From: Stegostoma tigrinum
Taxonomy: Eukaryota
DNA length: 64,000 nucleotides
Direction: 5' to 3'
Assembly (NCBI RefSeq): GCF_030684315.1
Contig: NC_081360.1
Coordinates: forward strand, 46,199,424-46,263,423
Each line of letters starts with the position of its first letter. Position 1 is the first letter of the stretch. The notes beneath the pieces were generated by a model. That model worked only from the letters and a program-made list of their open reading frames with translations. It was not told the origin of the DNA and made no database searches. The position numbers and the translations under genes were made by a program. Shown in pieces: positions 55,362 to 64,000 of the stretch.

Positions 55362-58300
55362 GCGCAGCGACTGAAGCCCTGGCATTACACTTCTTTCGCA
55401 ATGTTCAAACCGTTTAATTTTTCCTCAATTCATTTATTATAATTGACTGCAGGAGCTGCTGAACATTGAAGATAGAAAACGCGATGGCTTTTTCCACGGC
55501 AGTACCCTTTAAGATTTATTTCACGTATTTGGTATTATTGGTATCTTGCATAATATAGTCTGTAGCAAAAATACATAATACGTACGGCCTACATTGCACT
55601 CTTTGAGTAGATTTTCCATTCTATTGATTTCTATTTCAAATAATGCTGGAGTATCTTTTACAAAATAACAATTTCAAATGTGCGTGGAATGAACTAAAAG
55701 AAACTATACAGTGATATAAATTCTTGAATGTTTGGATACTGTGATGAATAAAATCGGCATCAACCTGTTTAGCAACAACATATGGTTCGGGATAACGTAT
55801 AAATCTTTCGATGTCTTAAACGGCGCTATTTTCATTCTTATGTACCCAATTAAGAAATAGATTGGAAGGTTCACTACTTGTTTCACCAGTTCATAAAGCA
55901 GTCAGACATAGATGGATTTCCCCTTGAATTTTATATTTGCTAATTTTTCGAAAATTCGGTGGAAAATAATTCGGATCTATGTTTTATTTTCGCTCAGACG
56001 TTCGAACTGTTAAAATGAAGGCAGTTTTATTCAGTATTTTCCTTAATTTCTGCTGATGTGTTCCCAGACTATGGCGAGTGTAGATGTCTGATATTCATTC
56101 TGATTGCCATGCAATAACCTGATTGTATATGATCATATTGCGTTTTCAGTGTAAGATTAACACATATTGGGAATAGTTTGCATTTCGCATATAATCAATT
56201 TACATTTTTCTCAATTGCTACTCTCCTGTTGCATGTGTCAAACAAGTATGATTTCGGAAAAGGAATCGCCTTTTACAAAAAAAAAGGAAATGCCGTTTTC
56301 CTTTCTTTATGCCTTGGTTTAATTATGTAAAATATGAAGGTTTTAGACTTTGAGGTTAAGTTCCAGCATAATTCGAATGCATGATTGAATTCACCCAAGG
56401 GCCTGATGAGAGAAAAGCAAATATTCGCTGATGTAACTCCACTGTTGGAAGCAGGGCATATTTTGATCAGCCCAGTGTACTTTAATAATAATATGTAGAA
56501 AAGTATTTCTTCATCCATCAACATTAATTTTCCGTGCACGCGTTCTCAAATTTGGTAAAACCACAATTTGTGAGACAAATCAAACAATATTTTACATCTT
56601 ACCTTAGAATAAACGACTCGTCCTTAATGCGCTACGGGTATTACAAAACAATTTTCGATTAATTAAAACGAAATAATTCCATTTTGGGAAGATTTTTAGA
56701 CACGAATAAGATGCTACAGTTATCAGTGATAACAGCAACCACAGCCATATTTTACTAAATGGATAATGAAAAGAGGTTAGATTTTGTGACTTGTTTTTCC
56801 GAGAGGAATATTATGAAAAACTGAGGGCCCATCTTACTCTTTCACTAGATACCTTGCCCAAACTTACAGTTCCCGTACACGTAAAGTTGTTGACGAATTT
56901 GACACTTAGAGAAACTTACGACAATATATTCGACACTAAGCAATTGAAAACTCTAAATAATTATAAAGCATCATTCTGCGTACGAGCAACCCAACGATTG
57001 TCATATTAAAAAATAAGACATTTTCAATCTTAGTTTTTTTTAACGTCAAAGGGACATGTGCTGTTATTTCATTGAAACGCGTCGAATTCTATCTACGTTC
57101 GTCCCCAATATGGATAGATTAATGAACCCATACATTTTGAAATGACTTGGTCTGTATTAAATGAAATAGTCACAACAGCCTTTAAATTAATAACATGAAG
57201 AAAAAAGCTTTCATATCAGTAAATCCAATGCCTATCTTTCTATCTATCAAAGCATAGGTAAGGAGACTAGAATTTGGGAAGCTAAATGTTCAGGAAAACG
57301 GGGTAAATTTAGTTTGGGAACTATATGAGTTGAATGAGCACAGCGCGTTTAGGAACATGCGGATGCTAGATATTCTCAGGAGAAGAAATAACAAGTGAAC
57401 TACTCCTACTTTTAATGACAGAGAAAAAATCGTGCTAACGTCATATTTCGAGTAACTACTTTTATTCAGAACTCCGAGCAAATGCAGGATCGGAGTTAAA
57501 AGTATGCCGCTGTCTCAAGTTAATCGCATCACTGGTATGCAGACAAAGGGGTTCTTTCCGGAAGTAGATGAAGTCCAAGGTCAAGGTGGCGAGAGAAGGA
57601 AGGAGGGGAAGAGAAAGAGGCTGGTAAACAGCGGCTTAAAGTAACTCGACAGCTCTGTGGGATTTATGTGAAGATTTCAAAGATTGAAGTTAGATGTGAA
57701 TTGTAACATAGCATTGCAAAATCGCTTCCTATTGCTAAATTGTGACTTCAATGTCACCAATGCTTGTGGTAATATCCAGCATGAATTTAGTTTCTAATAT
57801 TTCTATATGAATTGCTAAATTTCCAACTAAACTACATCATAAATACATTTGTACGTTCATTATAGCTAATGTAGAAGACCTAGAAGCAGTTTGTGAGGCA
57901 ACGAGAGATGGACAATAAATGGAACTCGGTCGTTGTCGCTTGCACGCAGAACATATCGAAAACAGGGTCTCAATTAATGTAAATTTAAGCATTGCTATTC
58001 CGCACTTTGTTTGAAAATAGCGACATTAAAGCCAATTTCTTTTTAGTGCTATTTATTTTTATATACTTATATAGTTTACCTAATTTGAACTTTGAAACAA
58101 TTTCCATTTTGAAAAAAATGAGGGATTATTTGTTATTTTGGTTCACAGCAGTTGTGCTTCATTCTCAGCGAAATTTAACATAAAGTTCTCATCGTCGCTT
58201 TGCGAATTTAGGTATTTCCAGCATGCATAAAAAAATCCTTTTTTCTGTTATTGTTGTTACAGTTGATCTAAATCCCTTCGTTGCTGTATTTTTTGCCTGG

Positions 58301-60497
58301 TATTTTCAAATTGTTACATGAATTATTGAAAGTAACATCTGTTCTTGAAAACTATCTCTCATAAAGTGAAATGTAACTCTGAAGTAGAAATAGCCATTTC
58401 GCTTTAAAACTCTTCCCGGTTGAAAGCGCAATCCAATTTTACACGTCCCAACGCTTAACAATCGTCAATATTCAACAAACACGATGAAAAGTAATTATCT
58501 ATTATATTTTGTTTTCTAATTATAACTAGAAGCTTTTCGAAAACATGGCCAATATTGGATAACATGTAGCATGAATTTGCAGACTAGTTGGCCACTCAAA
58601 TTGAGGAACGTGTAAAGCAACTCTATGATATCCCTACACATGCATTTTCGCAAGTCCGAATTGTTTAGGTCAAAGGATTTACTTCGAATCAGTTAGTGAC
58701 AATAGATTCGTGTGTTTTGTTTTAAATATATCACTTGATAAAAAGACATATCCACTTTAAAGAACATTCACTATATTGAGACTGACTATATTACATTTCG
58801 TATGTCCCCATTTGAACACACATTGTTCCAACACAATGACCAATATCAATACACGAAGAAAAGCAGATTACATGCCAACCGGCGCTCGCGTTTGTTTTCT
58901 TGCTAATGGAGGCAAAGTAGTGTAAAGCCTATCTATCCAAGTTCCAGCAAAAAAATACTTACGATACTTGAAAACAAATCATACAAACTTGCAAAAGCTA
59001 GATCGAAATTTACGCGTGATGTTTCAAATATCCAGAGATATTCCTCCCGCACGTTAAATACACCTACGAGTAACATGGATTTAACCTGTCAGCAGTAATC
59101 AGGGGAACGAAATATACTTTCATCAGACATTGCTAGCAACCAATTAATCACTTGATGTTGTGAATGTCTCCTGCCTCACTTTTCAGCTATATGTTCCAAT
59201 TGGAACTACAAGAATAATTTATTGCTTTGAAAGCTGCATTACAGCACTCTACAGCGATCCCACGTTCCTGAGTAACTTGTGCTGAGCACATTATGTATAC
59301 TTCAACATTTTACAGCCCTACATATGTGAACAGAACATAACAATATTTATAAATAAGACAATAGTTTGATTCAAAATTAGTTGTTATATGTTCTTGAAAC
59401 AGCATCACTTTCAGCAAGGGACACATTTGAATGCGGCACATTGTCTCCAGAAAGAGGATTGAGAATACAAACAAAGCAACAAGCCATGTTAAACTTCATG
59501 ACGTGAAAAGTATCGCAAAACTTTGCTAGCTTTCAATCCCAGCTGTTTAATAAATACAGGAAAAAAATTCGAGGCGGATAATAGGTGCTAATTTTCTTAG
59601 TAGCTTTTACGAAATGAATTTATCTGCATTGGCGCAAATCAGTTCCACATAAGAAGAAGTTCACTTTCAAGGATACAGTCTACCAGTGCTCGGAAAGATT
59701 TGCTGATACAATATTTGGATTCAAATACAGTTCGAATGCAAAATGTTCACTTCTGCTGGTGAATGAGTGCTGTTACACAACCATGCTGCTACAATGCATT
59801 CCAACGAAATTCCGAATTTTCTCGAGCATAAAGCAGACAGCATGGCCTGAAGAACAATATAAAAGAAAATATCCATCAGACTCTTAGGCCACTGTTTCGT
59901 TTCATTGAAGATGATGTTGAAAATAAACGAATTCCACATGCTTGGTTTCTAAGATTAAGTGCCAACATTCCGAAGGCCCTTTTCAATTAAAACTTTATCT
60001 GAATGCCAAAACACACCAGTGTTCTGTTTCTGCATCATTTACGACTTGGATTTGCAATTTTATCACGATCTAAAATGCTGATGTACAAAATTTAACATAA
60101 ATATACTCACTTCTCAATAAATGTATAACCCTTATTGTGCAGCAGGTGTCTAGAACAAATTAAACCATCAAGAACAATGTCACTAAAAGGCACTAAATGG
60201 AGAGGTATCGACTTCAGTTTTTTTAAAGTTGCTAATTTTAAAATTCTCATTTATTTACTTCTCATGTAAACGAAAGACGTCAGCTTGTCACGCTGGACTT
60301 GCATTTTCCACCAATGGTGGCGCTATCTGCTCAACTGTGAAGAAAATGACTTCTACATGGCCAGTTTACACAGGCAATTTCTATTATAAGGGTCGACATT
60401 GTGATTTATAACGGAGCAGTTGACGGAAGGAGCCTACAGAAAGGGTGAGATCTTTAATATATAATCTTCATGTTATTTCTCCGATGCCTGTGAGGGC

Positions 60498-60612
60498 TAC
60501 ATGAATAAGAAAGGCTTGGAAGGACATAGGCCAGGAGCAGGCACGTGGGACTAGTTTAGTTGCGACTTTGCTCGGCATGGACTGATTGGGCCGTCCATAT
60601 GACTCTATGACA
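60498..60612 (+). mobile_element. 3' terminal fragment of a CR1-type LINE (or a SINE sharing its tail)
   Basis: GCAGGCACGTGGGACTAGTTTAG...CGGCATGGACTGATTGGGCCG ends in the tandem tail ATGACTCTATGAC, which resembles shark CR1-family 3' ends (recognised from memory). Confidence 0.6.
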
Positions 60613-60802
60613 ATTATACGTAAGTAATTGTGACAAATTGCTTATTACGCGAGTTTATACCCCACTTGTTCTTGACGAATGACTGTGAATTACTTCTGTT
60701 TCTGTTTCTTTTGTGGTCCTCCAAATAATCTTAAGAAATTAGATTTAAAGCAAGAAAGTAACGTCACTATTCGAATAAAGCGAGTCTTTCACGAACAAAG
60801 GA

Positions 60803-60998
60803 TTGAAATTGCAGGAGATAGTTTGCAAATCCTGCCGCATCTGTAAAGTGAAACAGACTTAATTTCAGAGGAAGGGTCGCTGGATTCGAAACGTTAACGC
60901 TGATTTTCTCGCTATAGGTGCTGACAGGCCCACTGAATTTCTGTAGGACATTGTGCTTTTGTTTCAGATTTCCAGCATCTGCGGGTCTTTGCTTTAAT
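60803..60998 (+). mobile_element. Degenerate two-arm Penelope-like relic with a mutated hammerhead core (60866-60895)
   Basis: CAGAGGA-A-GGGTC-GCTG-GATTC-GAAACGTT is followed by ...GGTGCTGACAGGCCCACTGAATTTCT...TTTCAGATTTCCAGCATCTGCGG. The left arm GAAATTGCAGGAG...GCCGCATCTGT is the inverted counterpart. Confidence 0.6.
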
Positions 60999-62863
60999 TT
61001 TCACTGTGTCCTCGTCATCGTTCCTTCCTCAACCAACATCCACAAACATCGATTCGCTGATTGTTTATTTGTCTGCTGCCTGGAGGGCCTTGTTTGTCCC
61101 AAATTAGCCGTTGCTGGCCCACTTAAAATAAATTTTTCATTGTATGCGGCCCATTTTTAGATGCTGATAACGCACTATATTAATCCAGGGTTTTCGCATT
61201 CAGTCATGCAAGTCAGAACCTAATAACTTTTAAAAAAATCCCGCAAGTTTAATTGCAAATAATTATTTAGTTAAAAATTTTTAAAAGAAAATATTTGACC
61301 ATGTCGAACAGTTATCGAAATGTAATCCATGAAGTTTTCTCGAAAATTACTCAAAATATGTTTGTTCTTTATTACTTTCCTAACCATTTAAGGAATTTCT
61401 ACCCAGGAATAGAATGGCAACATATTTCATTTCCTGTCGTGGGAGAACCTAAGGCTTGCGTTTGATGTTTTCTTTTGTCTTTCTGGCACCTGTAACTGTC
61501 TCATTAAGCTGTTTATACCGACGATGGACCAAAGCTGCGATTTCAATTCGCGCTTCCAGGTTCTGAAACGCACCTCGGACATATGGCTTTTGCAAGCGGA
61601 TAAAATGACCACTAAAATAGCAATAGGGTGCCAATGGGTCCGAATCATCAAGGACCAACTTTTTTTCCCCCTCCTTCAGCGTTTAAACCAAGACCACAAG
61701 CAACAACAATGTTTTTAAATTGACATGCTTTGGATAGATAAATTTGCAGAGACAATTGAGACTAAATTTGATGTAAGTACGTATTACATCTGGGAGAGAT
61801 TTTCAAATGTTTATATTTTACATTTGAGTAACATGGCTGACCAATGTTCCAGTTGTCTGTGCAAAATATAATGTAATTTGTTCCACTATAAGCTGTTGCA
61901 GAATTACACATAAATCATTCAGGAGCAATTTCACTTTCGTGACCTAAGTCTTCCATAGCAATATTACAACATTGCGTTACCCTCAACCCTGAAACGAAAT
62001 ATCAGTGCAAGTTTACTTTTTATTTTAGAAAGTGCACGTGCGTTGATCGACAAATCAACAGGGAAGTTTTGAACTGTATAATGTTTAAAACTGCCCACAA
62101 GAGGAGCACAGCAGGTACACAATGAAGTGTTGAGGAAACGACATAATCTGTATACAGACACATGTTATTATGAGTGTTACAGCTTCGAAACTTTCAATCA
62201 GCACAACACTGTCTTAAGTAGACAAAATTAATCATTTTCAAGCTATTGTTTGATTAAAACCTGCGAATTAATAAGGAATTGTTTTGAAGAAAGGTAACAA
62301 ACCATTGTGAATGTAAATTTGAATTCAATGTTGTGCGAGTAAGGATTTCATGCATTTGAGAAATTTATTCAAATACAGCACGCCCTTACTTTGAACAATT
62401 ATGTGTTCCAAACTATTTCAAATCCGAAAAGCTTTGTATACTATTCAGGAAACAGTTTATTTTGCAACCTATAATAATGTTATTGCTCTTTAAACATTAC
62501 AACTAAACTTTAAACTAACTTGTGTCCAATTATATATACTCACATGTGTAATGAATGGCAAACGAGTATTTAGCGTTTTGGAAAATAAAGCAAAACATTT
62601 CGTTTGGTATCAATATTTCGTATTCACCACCATTAATAGAATCAACATTATTTTAAGTGTTTAGCACAACAAACTGAAGCTCACTATAACGCAAGGTAAA
62701 GATTTATGAACTATTTCAACTTCAAAACAAATTAAAAGCTAAAAGGCCCAATAATCCCGTTTGGGTTTATGTTGAAGCAGAGGCGACTTTGCCATTGTAT
62801 ATCAGTATACACGTTTAGTGACTCTTAAAAAGCAATTGTGCACATGAGGAAAGTTGCTGTATT

Positions 62864-63288
62864 TCACAGTCCAGGACAACTTGGCTTTGCCAGTTGCTGC
62901 ACGCGAAGAAGTTTTTTTTCTTTCTGTCTCTGGTTTTGGAACCATATCTTCACCTGAAAAATACAGATTTTTATTTTAAAAAATGGTGACTCATAAAGCT
63001 GCTAGGTTTAATATTCAGTAGGATATAAGGCGCCCACCTGTTGACAATAAGGTGGGACAGGTACTTAACATTTTCTTCTGTAGAAAGTGGAAGGAAAGTC
63101 TCTTACCTGTCTTTCTGTTAAACCTAACCTAAACGAAATGTTTAATCGGACTTCGGGGGTGAGGAATCGATTATTTTCAAAAGCCATTTCCAGTTCAGCG
63201 ATTTGCTGTTTGCTGTAGGGGATCCGCTTCTTTCTTTGTCTATGAGCAGGATTCTGCGATGTTAACCAGCGCGTTGTTAGTCCCACTG
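62864..63288 (-). CDS. hoxd14: HoxD14, partial: exon 2 (63288-63107) and exon 3 (62953-62864); exon 1 is outside the window
   Basis: [44 protein letters not shown]|VKIWFQNQRQKEKKLL. A 153-nt phase-0 GT-AG intron splits the homeobox between residues 44 and 45, and helix 3 reads WFQNQR; both are PG14 hallmarks. The gene lies 5' of HoxD13. Stop TGA at 62866-62864. Confidence 0.93.
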
Positions 63289-63813
63289 CTGAAGGAATAT
63301 ACGCATCCATCAGTATGTTGAATCATTAGGAATTCAATCAGTGAAATACTTAGCAATGTATATTTTACCTATTTACATTGACTTCATGTATGCCCAACCC
63401 CACGACAACTAAAATTCATCGTTAATTTTAATTGATGTTGGTTGGTTTATCCTCCAGAAATTACCATTGTTGAGTGGCGAGATTTAATTGCACACATTTT
63501 TTGCAATTACTCATAAAAGTGGGTTCCCACTTCTTCTCTTTGTTATCCAAATGCATAATTTACTTTTTCAGTTGAAATATACAATCTTTGTGATATGTGT
63601 TTGTATACGAAGTGCACATTGTGACTTGACTTCTAAAATGTTTCCTTAAAAATACTTCTGAAGCGATTAAATAAAAGTCGCTGACCATTTTCAGTTTTTG
63701 TTTTAAATATGCAGCTTAAAACATAAAACCGTCTTCGGTAAAAGCGAACTCTTTCAACTTTCCTGAAGTATGGCGGACTTTTTTTCTAAAATAGCTTGTA
63801 GCATGAAATTGTA

Positions 63814-63945
63814 TCAGAGATAATAGGAATTGCAGATGCTGGAGAATCCGAGATAACACTGTGTAGAGCTGGATGAACACAGCAGGCCAAGCAGCATCAG
63901 AGGAGCAGAAAAGCTGACGTTTCGGGCCTAAACCCTTCATCAGAA
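63814..63945 (-). mobile_element. Penelope-like repeat in HoxD14 intron 1 with an intact minimal hammerhead core (63943-63916)
   Basis: Minus strand CTGATGA-A-GGGT-TTAG-GCCC-GAAACGTC-AGCTTTTCTGCTCCTCTGATGCTGCTTGGCCTGCTGTGTTCATCCAGCTC...GGATTCTCCAGCATCTGCAATTCC. This is the longest and cleanest copy in the window. Confidence 0.8.
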
Positions 63946-64000
63946 GTTACCCACCATTCACGGATCGACCAGAATACTCACATCGAAAATGAAATGCAAA

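Overview
This is AT-rich vertebrate genomic DNA carrying the central-to-posterior part of a cartilaginous-fish (shark-type) HoxD cluster, with all genes on the minus strand. From left to right it holds intact two-exon HoxD5, HoxD8, HoxD9, HoxD10, HoxD11, HoxD12 and HoxD13, then exons 2-3 of HoxD14. HoxD14 has a split homeobox, and its exon 1 lies beyond the right edge. I traced every splice junction by hand (GT-AG, phase 1), and each spliced ORF is open to its stop codon. The main unexpected signal lies between HoxD5 and HoxD8, where gnathostome HoxD clusters have no protein-coding gene. Two heavily decayed, Hox-shaped relics sit there on the correct strand and in the expected order: a HoxD7-like relic (~10.2-11.4 kb) that still has a Hox-type promoter and a consensus splice donor, and a weaker HoxD6-like relic (~6.8-7.9 kb). 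Other notable features are short Penelope-like repeats carrying minimal hammerhead-ribozyme cores, a near-perfect miR-196 site in the HoxD8 3'UTR, candidate CTCF sites, and a cluster of DR0/TCAAGGTCA motifs between HoxD12 and HoxD13. The pseudogene alignments are by eye against remembered family consensus sequences and need computational confirmation. The species cannot be determined from the sequence alone.
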